Made by a program: the position numbers and the translations under genes. The notes under the pieces are model-generated. The model was not told the DNA's origin. It saw nothing but the letters and a program-made list of their open reading frames with translations, and searched no databases. This document shows positions 1 through 9,254 of a stretch of DNA of 30,896 nucleotides, one piece after another; position 1 is the stretch's first letter; the number at the start of each line of letters is the position of its first letter. Source of the stretch: Chthoniobacteraceae bacterium (lineage in GTDB: Bacteria > Verrucomicrobiota > Verrucomicrobiia > Chthoniobacterales > Chthoniobacteraceae); NCBI GenBank assembly GCA_037190965.1, contig JBBCKI010000039.1, positions 1 to 30,896 of the forward strand, written 5' to 3'.

Positions 1-65
1 GCCGCGCTTACGGCTTCAAAAATTTCGAAAATTACCGCCTCAGAGTCATTGCTCAATGCGGTTGA
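1..65 (+). CDS. ISL3-family transposase, C-terminal fragment (runs off window start)
   Basis: Frame +3 from nt 3 reads RAYGFKNFENYRLRVIAQCG* (TGA 63-65), matching the R-AYGF-NF-NYRLR end typical of ISL3 transposases. Confidence 0.8.
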   Translation, partial: RAYGFKNFENYRLRVIAQCG

Positions 66-140
66 AATTCAAAACGGACTCAACCAACTCAAAATCAACC
101 ACTTAATCCCGCTTCAGTCCCCAAACTTTGGTGTAGACCC
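1..140 (+). mobile_element. Right end of ISL3-like insertion sequence; putative terminal inverted repeat ending at about 140
   Basis: After the transposase stop the sequence ends ...CCCCAAACTTTGGTGTAGACCC; its reverse complement begins GGGTCT, like ISL3 termini, and is followed by an A-rich flank. Left end is outside the window. Confidence 0.65.
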
Positions 141-181
141 AAAAGTGCCCGAATGAGCAAACTTGAATTTCTGAAGAGGAT

Positions 182-204
182 GTAACCCCCTGAGGGGGAG
201 TTAC
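182..204 (-). other. Hairpin just downstream of tRNA-Glu
   Basis: GTAACCCCC-TGA-GGGGGAGTTAC imperfect inverted repeat; no clear U-tract, so terminator role is uncertain. Confidence 0.35.
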
Positions 205-210
205 TTAAAA

Positions 211-285
211 TGGCGACCCTAACGGGATTCGAACCCGTGTCACCGCCGTGAAAGGGCGGTGTCCTAACCGCTGGACGATAGGGTC
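211..285 (-). tRNA. tRNA-Glu (anticodon TTC)
   Basis: Reverse complement GACCCTATCGTCCAGCGGTTAGGACACCGCCCTTTCACGGCGGTGACACGGGTTCGAATCCCGTTAGGGTCGCCA: acceptor stem, CT-TTC-AC anticodon loop, GTTCGAAT T-loop, encoded CCA. Confidence 0.97.
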
Positions 286-360
286 ATCTGAAATGGGCCG
301 GGAATATGAAAAGGATTCTCGATTTCAGCAAGAAGAAAGTTCGAAAAAGTTTCAACCCCC

Positions 361-1770
361 TCATTTTTCTTCAAATGGCTGGGAGAGAATCTGTTCGGCG
401 GTGCGGCGGGCGGCCCCTTCGTGGACACGCAGGACTTCGGCTGCATGCCGCACCTGTGCTCGCCCTATGGCGGGATCGGCCAGCAGTTTGGTGACCGCTT
501 CCGCAAGTTCCTCTTCATTCTGAACCTGAGTGGCTCCTTTCACCGCGAGAAACTGGTGGACCAGCGCGGCGAAATTCTCCATCGACGGGCCAAAAATCAC
601 GGGCCGTCCCGCGAGAATCGGCTCGGCGGGATTCTGGCCGCCTTGCGCGCAGAGACTCTTGCCGATGAAGCAGAGGGTGGCGACGGCGTACCAGTCGCGC
701 AATTCGCCCGTCGTATTGACGAGGATGACGTCGGGCTTTGGTTGCAAGGGGTCGCGCGGAGTGGGGGAAAGCTCGCTTCGCAGAACGGTGCGCAGCCCCA
801 TTGCGCGTAACTCGGTTTGCATCTCGGGGGTCCGTTCGACGTGGCGGGGCACGACAAGAAGTCGCACCCCGGGCCAGCGCGCCCGTAGGGCGAGCAGCAA
901 GCGGCCCAGAACGGCTTCTTCGCCCGGGAAGGTGCTTCCACCAAGGAGAACCGGCGTGGCGGCGTTTGGCGGCATTCCGGCCGTGTTGGCTTCGGCGGGG
1001 TCGAACTGAATGCCCAGCGGCTCCAGCAGCGCACGGAATTCCGGCGCGCGCGAGCCCTCCGGCACGGCAAAATCAAACTTCAGGCTCCCGGTGCAATGGA
1101 GCGCCTCGCGCCGGACGCCTAGGGCCTGCCAGCGGTCGATGTCGTCGGGCTCCTGCACGCAGACATTCTCCAGCATCGCGAAAAATGGGGACACCCAGCG
1201 CCGCCATTTAAGGAACCCGCGCTCGGACTTCGGCGAGAGCCTCGCGTTGACGATGGAGATGGGAATCGAACGCCGGTAACACTCCGTCACCATGTTCGGC
1301 CAAAGCTCCTTGTCTACCAGCACCAGCCGGGCGGGGCGTACGAGATGGAGAACCCGCCGGACGATACCGGCGAGGTCGAGCGGATAGTAGATGAGCTCTA
1401 CCGGGGCCGGCAGCCGTGCAATCTGCTCGCGCGCGACGGCAAAGCCGGTGGAGGTGGTTGTTGAAAGAAGGATGCGCACTCCGTCCGGCCCGGGGTAAGT
1501 CTCCTGCAAAGTGCGGGCGAGTTTGATCGCCATCATCATCTCGCCCACGCTGACGGCGTGAATCCACGTCCAGCCCCCCTGTTCCAGGGCACGCCGATCG
1601 TTCGCGGCAAAGAGGCCGAAGCGTTGGCCAAACTTGTGCGCGTAGTTACCCCGTCGCAGAATTCGCACGGCAAACCCGGGCAGCATCGCCGTGAAGACAG
1701 CCGGAAACAGTCCCCGATAGAGGAACAGCGGCAGACGAGCCTCGCCGGGTAACGCGCGGAATTTTTCCAT
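361..1770 (-). CDS. waaA: 3-deoxy-D-manno-octulosonic acid (Kdo) transferase
   Basis: WIHAVSVGE, YYPLD, ELWPN, NARLS, VPRHVER, GGQNPAEP, GPSMENF motifs. Confidence 0.95.
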   Translation of the reverse strand: MEKFRALPGEARLPLFLYRGLFPAVFTAMLPGFAVRILRRGNYAHKFGQRFGLFAANDRRALEQGGWTWIHAVSVGEMMMAIKLARTLQETYPGPDGVRILLSTTTSTGFAVAREQIARLPAPVELIYYPLDLAGIVRRVLHLVRPARLVLVDKELWPNMVTECYRRSIPISIVNARLSPKSERGFLKWRRWVSPFFAMLENVCVQEPDDIDRWQALGVRREALHCTGSLKFDFAVPEGSRAPEFRALLEPLGIQFDPAEANTAGMPPNAATPVLLGGSTFPGEEAVLGRLLLALRARWPGVRLLVVPRHVERTPEMQTELRAMGLRTVLRSELSPTPRDPLQPKPDVILVNTTGELRDWYAVATLCFIGKSLCAQGGQNPAEPILAGRPVIFGPSMENFAALVHQFLAVKGATQVQNEEELAEAVTKLLADPAIGRAQVRHAAEVLRVHEGAARRTAEQILSQPFEEK

Positions 1771-1839
1771 AGCCGGACCATAGAAGCGGGGAGGGGCCCC
1801 CGGGTCAATCCCTCCACGCCGGTTGGGGCCGTCCAGGCC

Positions 1840-2427
1840 CTATCCCTCCGGAACTGAGGCCGACGGTGCCGATGAAGCCAGCCGGAACGTGGCGACCTCC
1901 GTTGCGCCATAGCGGCGTTCGCGGATCAGCTCCCAGCAGGCCGGATAGCCGAGCTTTGCACCGGGTAGCTTTTCAAGAATGAACCACCCGTCCGGGGCCA
2001 GGGCGCGCGCGAGCAGCGGATCCCCGAGAAGCTCCGCGCTGAAATCGCGTTCGCCCGCCCTCTTGGCATAAGGCGGATCGGCAATGATGATGTCGTAGCC
2101 TCCCGGCACGGCCAGGCGATGAAGAAACGAGAAAATATCGAGCGTATGCACCACGGCACCCCGCAGGCGCGTTTTCTCTAAATTGCGGTGGATCGTCTCC
2201 ACCGCGCGCGATTCCTTTTCCACGAGTGTCGCGGAGGCCGCGCCACGGCTCAACGCCTCGATGCCCAGCCCTCCGGAGCCAGCGAAAAGATCGAGAACTC
2301 GCGCTCCGACGACGGCTTCGCCGAGACTGTCAAAAATGGCCCCCTTCACGCGGTCCATCGTGGGCCGCAGATCGGTCTTCGGGGCGAGTAGCGGAATTCC
2401 TCCCGCGGTTCCTGAAACAACGCGCAT
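1840..2427 (-). CDS. rsmD: 16S rRNA (guanine966-N2)-methyltransferase RsmD
   Basis: MRVVSG, LRPTMDRVK, LDLFAGSGGLGIEALSRGA, DPPY, RRYG motifs. Confidence 0.95.
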   Translation of the reverse strand: MRVVSGTAGGIPLLAPKTDLRPTMDRVKGAIFDSLGEAVVGARVLDLFAGSGGLGIEALSRGAASATLVEKESRAVETIHRNLEKTRLRGAVVHTLDIFSFLHRLAVPGGYDIIIADPPYAKRAGERDFSAELLGDPLLARALAPDGWFILEKLPGAKLGYPACWELIRERRYGATEVATFRLASSAPSASVPEG

Positions 2428-2484
2428 GGTGCTATCGAATGGTAAAGTCTGCCGAAGTGAGGCGATGGCCGGAACCCCGGAGCG

Positions 2485-4074
2485 TCAAGGCTCCAATTCC
2501 ATTTCCGGTTCGGTAGAGGGCTCTGTCTCCGTCTTGTTTTCTTCCTGCCGGTCCGACGCCTGCGGGGTTGAGGAGTCTGATTTTTTTGAGCCTTTTCGGT
2601 CGTCGGAGGCTTTCTTTTTCTTCTTCTCGCTACTGTTCTTTTTATTGCCGCCTGCCAGATCTCGGAACGCCCTCAGGAGATCGGTCGCCTGCCGTTCGAT
2701 CTTCTCGCCCATCAGCACCCGCACCAGATCGGTTTCCGGCCGTTGGAGCGTCCCCGTGATCGTGAAAGGAAGGCTTTTCCGGTCGTCTCCCTCCAGTGGC
2801 TTAAAGTTTGAGAGCACCCACTTTGGGATTTGGCGGGAGATTTTCTGGTTGATCGCCAAACCCGCGTCGAGACTGAGCTTGCCGTCAAATCGCACATCGC
2901 CCGTCGCGTTCAGGTTCAGATTTGTCGATTCCAGGGTGAGGCTGTCGACATAAACCCGCCCGTTGCCAATGCGGACATCGAGTTGAGCCTTGTGTAACTC
3001 GAGCTGGGATAACTCGTCGATCTGGAGCGTCTGGCCGAGCATCTGTAGCAGCGGATACTGCTCCATTTTCCCCTGCGAAAGCTTTGCCTGGCCTCTTCCC
3101 TCGATGGACTTTTTCTGCCCGCTCTTGCCTTGCATGCTTACGGAACCGTGGAGTTTTCCCTCCGCCTTCTGAAGCCCCTCGTCAGAGCCTGCTTCGGTGA
3201 TCAGCCGGTTGAGATCCACATCGCTGAACTGCACCTGCAGCGCGAACGGCGCGCCATCTTCCTCCGGTTGGAGCGCGAAATCGCCGCGTACCGCGCCCCC
3301 TGCGAGCCGGGCGTCCACCTGCGGGAGCGTCAGACGTCCCTCTTCAAATACAAACGGCGTGGTGATTTCTTCAATGATGATGGAGTCGCGCAGCGTCAGC
3401 TTGCGAATGGTGGCATCCCCGCGCGCTTCCCCTTTGGCCGCGGTCGGGATATTCACCGATACTCCCTCAAACACGGCAATGGGGCGCCCTTCGCGGTCCA
3501 GGAAATGAAACGAGGCGTCATGAATCCGGGCAAAGGCCACGCGGAATTCCACCTTTTTTTTCTTTCTTTCCTCTTTTTTTTCCTCCCGCTTTTCGTCTTT
3601 GGCAATGCCGTCCTGGGTGTCTGCCTCTTCTTGCTGTTTCTTGTCTTTGGTCTTCGGCGTCGAAGGCTCAGGCGTGGCGCCCTCCAGCGGCGCCTGCTCG
3701 ATCTTCGGCAGACGCCATTTCCCCTTGCGGGTCTGGAGCCAGACAACCTTCGGCGAGGAGATCAGCAATTCGCGCACGACCAATCGCCGCGAAAAGAGAG
3801 GCCCCCATTCCACCCGTGCGGAAATCTTGGGTGCATGGAAAAAAGGCTCCTCCCCGGAGGGCACCGTCACGCCATCCAGCTTCAGGCCGCTCCAGAAGGA
3901 GAACCGCACCCGGGTGAGCTTTACGGGCATCCGGAGTTCGCGGCTCACGGCGGTTTCCAAGCGGGTCTGGACGTTCTCTGACTCGACGTAAAGATTGACA
4001 AGCAGAAGAGCCAGCAGAAGCACCCCTGCGAGCGCGGCAAGTGCGAGGAGAAACCCCTTGGCAAGTTTGTTCAC
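2485..4074 (-). CDS. AsmA-family protein
   Basis: GTG start, N-terminal membrane anchor, beta-rich body, PLFSRRLVVRELLISSPKV and C-terminal LPFTITGTLQRP motifs typical of AsmA-like proteins. Confidence 0.75.
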   Translation of the reverse strand: MNKLAKGFLLALAALAGVLLLALLLVNLYVESENVQTRLETAVSRELRMPVKLTRVRFSFWSGLKLDGVTVPSGEEPFFHAPKISARVEWGPLFSRRLVVRELLISSPKVVWLQTRKGKWRLPKIEQAPLEGATPEPSTPKTKDKKQQEEADTQDGIAKDEKREEKKEERKKKKVEFRVAFARIHDASFHFLDREGRPIAVFEGVSVNIPTAAKGEARGDATIRKLTLRDSIIIEEITTPFVFEEGRLTLPQVDARLAGGAVRGDFALQPEEDGAPFALQVQFSDVDLNRLITEAGSDEGLQKAEGKLHGSVSMQGKSGQKKSIEGRGQAKLSQGKMEQYPLLQMLGQTLQIDELSQLELHKAQLDVRIGNGRVYVDSLTLESTNLNLNATGDVRFDGKLSLDAGLAINQKISRQIPKWVLSNFKPLEGDDRKSLPFTITGTLQRPETDLVRVLMGEKIERQATDLLRAFRDLAGGNKKNSSEKKKKKASDDRKGSKKSDSSTPQASDRQEENKTETEPSTEPEMELEP

Positions 4075-4120
4075 GATGGCAAAGTAGCGGCGGTTGGCTG
4101 AAAAGAAAGGCCGAAGTCAT

Positions 4121-5002
4121 ATGCGCAAGACCGCCATCATTTTGAACCCCGCCGCCCGGAGCGAGCGGGCCAGTCATCTTTGCGCGGAAATCGATGCCCT
4201 GGCCGCCACGTCCGCCAAAATTTTTCGCACGACCCGGCGGGGGCAGGCCCGTGCCCTGGCCGAGCAGGCCTTGAACGAGGGGTTTGAACAGATCGTCGCC
4301 GCCGGAGGCGACGGCACGATCAACGAGATCGTCAACGGCATCGCGGGATCGGACGCCACGCTCGGTCTTTTGCCGATGGGCACCATGAACGTTTTCGCCA
4401 CGGAATTGGGGCTTTCCCGCAATCTTCGGGAGTGCTGGGAGGTAATTCGCGCGGGTACGGAGCGGGAGATCGATCTCCCGCTAGCCAACGGCCACGCTTT
4501 CGTGCAACTGGCTGGGGTGGGGCTCGACGCCCAGGTCGTTCAGGAAACCAGTTGGACTTCCAAGAAAACTTTCGGGCCGCTCAGCTATCTTATTTCCGCC
4601 GCCCAGATTGCCGCCCGCAAGCCCCCACGGCTCATCGTGGAGCCCACCGACGCGCCTTCGAGCGAAGGCTCCTTCGTCCTCATTGGCAACGGACGGCTCT
4701 ATGGTGGGCCGTTCCCGGTGTTTACCGACGCACGGATCGACGACGGCCTGCTCGATGTCGTGGTCTTCAAGAACCTCGGTTATCTCGACATCGCGCGCTA
4801 CCTGCACGGCATCGCCTTCGGCAGTCACCTCCGACTGCGTGATGTCGACTACTTCCGCACCGAGCGTCTCACCGTCTCCTGCGAAGATGCCGCCGTTCCC
4901 GTTGAGGTGGATGGCGAGGTCATGGGCTCCGTGCCGGTGAATTTTTATTTTCATCCCAAACGGCTCCGGGTACTTGCGCCGAAGAAGATTCTAAGACCCT
5001 GA
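4121..5002 (+). CDS. Diacylglycerol kinase family lipid kinase (YegS/DagK-like)
   Basis: ILNPAA, AAGGDGTINE, LPMGTMNVFA, GVGLDA, DDGLLDV, VDGE motifs; ATG at 4121 preferred over TTG at 4094. Confidence 0.92.
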   Translation: MRKTAIILNPAARSERASHLCAEIDALAATSAKIFRTTRRGQARALAEQALNEGFEQIVAAGGDGTINEIVNGIAGSDATLGLLPMGTMNVFATELGLSRNLRECWEVIRAGTEREIDLPLANGHAFVQLAGVGLDAQVVQETSWTSKKTFGPLSYLISAAQIAARKPPRLIVEPTDAPSSEGSFVLIGNGRLYGGPFPVFTDARIDDGLLDVVVFKNLGYLDIARYLHGIAFGSHLRLRDVDYFRTERLTVSCEDAAVPVEVDGEVMGSVPVNFYFHPKRLRVLAPKKILRP

Positions 5003-5010
5003 AATTTTTT

Positions 5011-6021
5011 ATGACTCAGCCTGCCTCTCCCGCGCCGGACCTCGACCCGACGTTGCTCGCTACCCTGGAGGCGATTCTCGGGCGACCCACCGCACCGTTC
5101 CATGAAGACGCCGTGGCGGCGGAGATCGAGCGGCTCCTCGCCCCGTTGCCTCATGTCAGCGTTGATCGCGACGCGTTCGGCAACCTGATTGCCCGTTATC
5201 AGCGCGGCAACCACGAGCCCCGTTTTGCCTTTGCCGCGCACATGGACCACCCCGGTTGGGTCAAGACGGCGGATCAGTGGGAGTTTCTGGGAGGCGTTCC
5301 GAAGGAATACTTCGAAAACAGCCCGCCCCGACGCGAAATGGCGGAAAACGGGGGCGGATTTGCCATGTGGGATCTCCCTGCCTTCGAGATCCGGGAGGGG
5401 AGGGTTCATTCGCGGGCCTGCGACGATCTGGTCGGCTGCGCTTCCATCGTCGCCATGTTCCGGGAGTTGGAGCGATCCCGCGCGGAAGGGGCCTGCATCG
5501 GCCTATTTACCCGAGCAGAAGAGGTTGGGTTTGTCGGGGCGATGGAGCTGGCGAAATCGGGCCGTCTCCCGCGGGACCTCGTCATCCTCTCGCTGGAGAC
5601 CAGTGCGGAGCGTCCTCCCGCGAAGATGGGCGAGGGGGTCATCGTTCGTGTGGGAGACAAAGCTTCGATTTTCGATCCCTCCATCACCGCCGAACTCGCG
5701 ACTACCGCCGCGCAAACCGGGTTCCCCTTTCAGCGCTGCCTGATGACCGGTGGCACCTGTGAAGCCACGGCCTATGCGCTCTACGGCTACCGCTGTGGCG
5801 CGCTCTGCGTGGCACTGGGGAATTACCATAACTGCGGGCCGAATCGGCGGATCGAGGCGGAGTTTGTCTCCCTGGACGACGTGCGGGGCCTCGCTTCTCT
5901 TTGCATCGCACTGGCCGTCCGCCCGACCCTCGCGGGGGATGATCCGTTCGCTTCGCTTAAAACCCGGCTGGAGAAGAACCTTGCCGGGCACCAGCGATTT
6001 TTCCGGCCGCTGGCAACCTGA
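5011..6021 (+). CDS. M20/M28/M42-clan metallopeptidase/hydrolase
   Basis: Co-catalytic metal ligands in AHMDHPG, RACDD, TRAEEVG, SLETS, GNYHN. Confidence 0.8.
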   Translation: MTQPASPAPDLDPTLLATLEAILGRPTAPFHEDAVAAEIERLLAPLPHVSVDRDAFGNLIARYQRGNHEPRFAFAAHMDHPGWVKTADQWEFLGGVPKEYFENSPPRREMAENGGGFAMWDLPAFEIREGRVHSRACDDLVGCASIVAMFRELERSRAEGACIGLFTRAEEVGFVGAMELAKSGRLPRDLVILSLETSAERPPAKMGEGVIVRVGDKASIFDPSITAELATTAAQTGFPFQRCLMTGGTCEATAYALYGYRCGALCVALGNYHNCGPNRRIEAEFVSLDDVRGLASLCIALAVRPTLAGDDPFASLKTRLEKNLAGHQRFFRPLAT

Positions 6022-6097
6022 CTGAGTTAAACGCCCCCGGGGAATCGTCCCGAGAACGAGCCTGCGCGCGCATCCTTTCGACGGAACCCGATTCTTA

Positions 6098-6126
6098 TTC
6101 GACAACCTTTTGTCGAAGCATAGATT
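6098..6126 (+). promoter_or_regulatory. Putative rhomboid promoter overlapped by an inverted repeat
   Basis: TTCGACAA-N4-TTGTCGAA (6098-6117) then TAGATT (6121-6126), 6 nt before ATG 6133. Confidence 0.5.
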
Positions 6127-6132
6127 AAGAAA

Positions 6133-6975
6133 ATGCAGTTTGGGCGCGAAACAGTCCCCTTTCCCAGCCGTTGGTCCAATGGGCGAATCCCCTTGGTCGT
6201 CGTGCTGATCATGATCAACATTGCGGTCTTCGGACTGCAATGGATGGCGGCCTATGCCGCGCCCGGGTTGGTGGACTCCCTCTTCGCCCTGAGCCGGGCC
6301 GGAATCAGCCATGGGTATTACTGGCAGTTCCTCACCTACATGTTTCTTCACGGAGGGGTGATCCACCTGCTGGTCAACTGCCTCGGTCTTTATTTCGCCG
6401 GGCGGGAGGTGGAGATCGTCTGCGGTCCCCGGCACCTGCTCGGCATGTACTTTTTGGGCGGCTTTGTCGGAGGGATTGCGCAGTTAATCGCAGGCTCACC
6501 CGCGACGGAACTGGTGGGCGCTTCGGGTGGGGTCTGTGCGGTTCTCCTTGCCTTCACCACCATCCTGCCGGAACTGGAGATTACCGCGCTCATTTTCTTT
6601 GTCATCCCGTTGCGGATGCGCGCCAAATGGCTGGGCCGGGCGGTCATCATCACTTCCATCCTTTTCGCGCTCGTCGGCTTCGGCAAGGACATCGGCCATG
6701 TCGCCCACCTCTGCGGGGCCCTCACCGGCTGGGTTTACGCCCGTCGGCTCGGGTATGGAGGGGCTTTCTGGCTGCAACGCCTCTTCCGCGACCGACGCCG
6801 ATTGCAGGAGCGCCGGGACCGGATGAACCCGACGGAATTCATCAGCGAAGAGATCGACCCGATTCTCGATAAAATTTCCCGCGAAGGCATCCACAGCCTC
6901 ACCCGCGCGGAACGCCGGGTGCTCGAGCTGGGCCGCGAGAAAATCGCGAACAAAACGGGGCGGACGCTCTATTGA
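6133..6975 (+). CDS. Rhomboid family intramembrane serine protease with C-terminal helical cytoplasmic domain
   Basis: WQFLTYMFLHGG, HLLVN, catalytic GASG and HVAHLCG; tail IDPILDKISREGIHSLT. Confidence 0.92.
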   Translation: MQFGRETVPFPSRWSNGRIPLVVVLIMINIAVFGLQWMAAYAAPGLVDSLFALSRAGISHGYYWQFLTYMFLHGGVIHLLVNCLGLYFAGREVEIVCGPRHLLGMYFLGGFVGGIAQLIAGSPATELVGASGGVCAVLLAFTTILPELEITALIFFVIPLRMRAKWLGRAVIITSILFALVGFGKDIGHVAHLCGALTGWVYARRLGYGGAFWLQRLFRDRRRLQERRDRMNPTEFISEEIDPILDKISREGIHSLTRAERRVLELGREKIANKTGRTLY

Positions 6976-6989
6976 GCCGCCACGTTCAA

Positions 6990-7319
6990 TCAATACCTCA
7001 GCACCGCCGGGTCCACCTCCAGCGACCATGCCTCGATCCCTCCCGCCATGCTGCGGACGTTCGTAAAACCGAGTTGGGAGAGGTAGAGGGCGGCACGCGC
7101 GGAGCGCACTCCTGCGTGGCAGTAAATGACGATCGCCTCGTTCTTGTCCGTCAGTTGCTCCTCGGCGGCTCCCGCAAAAATGGAAAGAGGGATCAGCTCC
7201 GCACCTTCGATCCGGCAGAGCGCGAATTCTCTCTCCTCGCGGCAGTCGATCAGCCGAAGCTTTTCCCCGCGATCAAGCAGAGCCTTGGTTTCCGGCGCTG
7301 AAATTTCGACAACGGTCAC
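6990..7319 (-). CDS. Single-domain rhodanese / sulfurtransferase
   Basis: LIDCRE, active loop CHAGVRS, MAGGIEAWS..VDP..RY end. Confidence 0.92.
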   Translation of the reverse strand: MTVVEISAPETKALLDRGEKLRLIDCREEREFALCRIEGAELIPLSIFAGAAEEQLTDKNEAIVIYCHAGVRSARAALYLSQLGFTNVRSMAGGIEAWSLEVDPAVLRY

Positions 7320-7921
7320 CGGACGACCTCGACAGGCGTTTTCAACTCCACGTTGCGGAAGAAAGACTCCGCCATGAACTCCGGCATCCGGATGCAGCCG
7401 TGCGAGGCGGCATAACCGGGCAGGAACCCGGCGTGCAGCCCGATTCCACTGACGATCCGGATGAAGTAAGGCATCTTGGCACCGTCATATTTCGCGCCCT
7501 TGGGCATTTTGTCGACGCTCCGGTCGATATCTTTCTTGATGATCTCCCCCGTCACCGCGTCGACATAGTCGCCGTACTGCGAGGAAACGTGATCCTTGCT
7601 CTTCTGGATCACCTTGAACTTGCCGGTGGGGGTATCCCATCCCTCGCGTCCGGTGGAAATCGCCGAGACGCCGACAAGCTGGTTGCCTTTGTAAAAGTAG
7701 GCGCGCTGCTCGCTCAGGCGGATCAGGATAAAAGGGGAGCCCTGCACGCTGTCGCCGTCCCAGTAGGAAATATTGTCGAAGTTGGCGCGTTCCCGCTGGG
7801 GAACGGAGACAATCCCGCCGCCTTCGGTCAGGTAAAGAGTTCCGCGTTCGGTACGCGGATCGTTGGCGCAGCCTCCCAGCAAAAGCAGGGCTGCGAGAAA
7901 GGGAATAATCCTGAGAATCAT
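7316..7921 (-). CDS. L,D-transpeptidase family (YkuD) lipoprotein
   Basis: Lipobox LLGGC, ISTG, TPTG.F, MPYF, LHAG...ASHGCIR catalytic His/Cys. Confidence 0.93.
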   Translation of the reverse strand: MILRIIPFLAALLLLGGCANDPRTERGTLYLTEGGGIVSVPQRERANFDNISYWDGDSVQGSPFILIRLSEQRAYFYKGNQLVGVSAISTGREGWDTPTGKFKVIQKSKDHVSSQYGDYVDAVTGEIIKKDIDRSVDKMPKGAKYDGAKMPYFIRIVSGIGLHAGFLPGYAASHGCIRMPEFMAESFFRNVELKTPVEVVR

Positions 7922-8084
7922 AACGGTCGGTAGGGCAAAGGAAATCTCCGGCGTGCAATAAGCCCTTACGCGAGGGTAAGGTCAAGAACGAGGTCGCCTT
8001 TTACGGCTGGATTTGTCGTAAAACGGAAGAAGAACGAGGATTGATGCCCGCCCCTCCCTCTGCTATAGAGGATGGGTTCCTGCT

Positions 8085-8369
8085 ATGCCCACCTACGAAT
8101 ATCAGTGTGAAAAGTGCGAGAAAACCTTCGAAGTCTTTCAGTCCATGAAAGACGAGCCGCTCTCGGCGTGCCGCGAGGAGGGGTGCGACGGGTCCGTCAA
8201 ACGCCTGATCGGCACCGGCGCGGGGCTTATCTTCAAAGGCTCGGGTTTTTATATCACCGATTATCGCTCCAGTGGTTACAAAGAGGCGGCCAAAAAAGAT
8301 TCTTCCAGCAGCAGCTCATCGAGTTCGACAAGCTCTGCAAGCTCATCGGCGGCTTCGCCGAAGTCGTAG
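8085..8369 (+). CDS. FmdB-family zinc-ribbon protein
   Basis: MPTYEYQCEKC...C...C, FKGSGFYITDY, Ser-rich tail. Confidence 0.92.
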   Translation: MPTYEYQCEKCEKTFEVFQSMKDEPLSACREEGCDGSVKRLIGTGAGLIFKGSGFYITDYRSSGYKEAAKKDSSSSSSSSSTSSASSSAASPKS

Positions 8370-8420
8370 CGCTTTCTCGCCTCTCTAGAAACGGATTTCT
8401 GCCCTCAACCTTTTTTTCGA

Positions 8421-9254
8421 ATGTCTTCATTGCCTACCATTGCCTGTAAAGACTGCAACCACGTCAACGAGGGGCAGCGGATTTATTGCCACAACTGCGG
8501 CAACAAGCTCGACCGCACGCAGGTGCTTGAGAAGGCGCAAAAGGAAGATTCACCGGAGAAAAAGCAGAAGCGGGTCAAAAAAATGATGAACCCCGGTGCC
8601 GGGTTCGGGCTCGGTTGGGGTACAGTGAAAACCGCGGCTCGAACGCTGGTCTGGGCCGTGGTTGCCGCCGCCGTCATCAACATTGCCAGGCCGCCCGCCG
8701 GTGTTCCGCCGATGCCGAAGGATCGTCTGGCCGACGCTCCCCAGCTCGATATCACCCTTCAAGAGTTGACCCTGGCCTCTCCGGGACGCGAGGTGGCCCT
8801 TGAGGAGGCGGAGATCAATCTTTACCTGCAAAACACCGTGCGCTCCAAGAACAAGAAGGGGGAATCGGTGATCGCGTTTCAGCGAGCCTTTGTGAATCTC
8901 GATGAGGGACTCATTCGCATCACCTCGCAGACGGCGATTCAGAACTACCCGCTTTATGCCGGTGTCACTCATCGGTTGAAGATGGAAAACGGCGCCTTCT
9001 CCGCAACCCCCGAAGGTCTTCATTTCGGGCGCCTGAGGATTCCGATTCCCGAGTTTGCCGCTACCAATGCGGGGCCGATCGTGGGGGCTTTGTTTAAGCC
9101 TTTATGGGAATCGCTCAAGCGGGAAACGAGGATGATCCATGAGATCGGCACTGTGGAAGCGAAGAAGGGGCAGATCGTCCTGCACTCGCGGGACGCCCAA
9201 AAATCCGCTGGCTCACCCGCCACACTACCCGCCACCCCGCCCACCACGCCATGA
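8421..9254 (+). CDS. Hypothetical membrane protein with N-terminal zinc ribbon
   Basis: CKDC-x10-CHNCG at N-terminus, hydrophobic segment LVWAVVAAAVINIA; stop overlaps next start (ATGA). Confidence 0.75.
   Translation: MSSLPTIACKDCNHVNEGQRIYCHNCGNKLDRTQVLEKAQKEDSPEKKQKRVKKMMNPGAGFGLGWGTVKTAARTLVWAVVAAAVINIARPPAGVPPMPKDRLADAPQLDITLQELTLASPGREVALEEAEINLYLQNTVRSKNKKGESVIAFQRAFVNLDEGLIRITSQTAIQNYPLYAGVTHRLKMENGAFSATPEGLHFGRLRIPIPEFAATNAGPIVGALFKPLWESLKRETRMIHEIGTVEAKKGQIVLHSRDAQKSAGSPATLPATPPTTP

Noticed and set aside
7964..8023. Inverted repeats CCTTAC-N6-GTAAGG and TTTTACG-N11-CGTAAAA in a divergent promoter region
   Set aside because: Short arms and different spacers; compatible with chance
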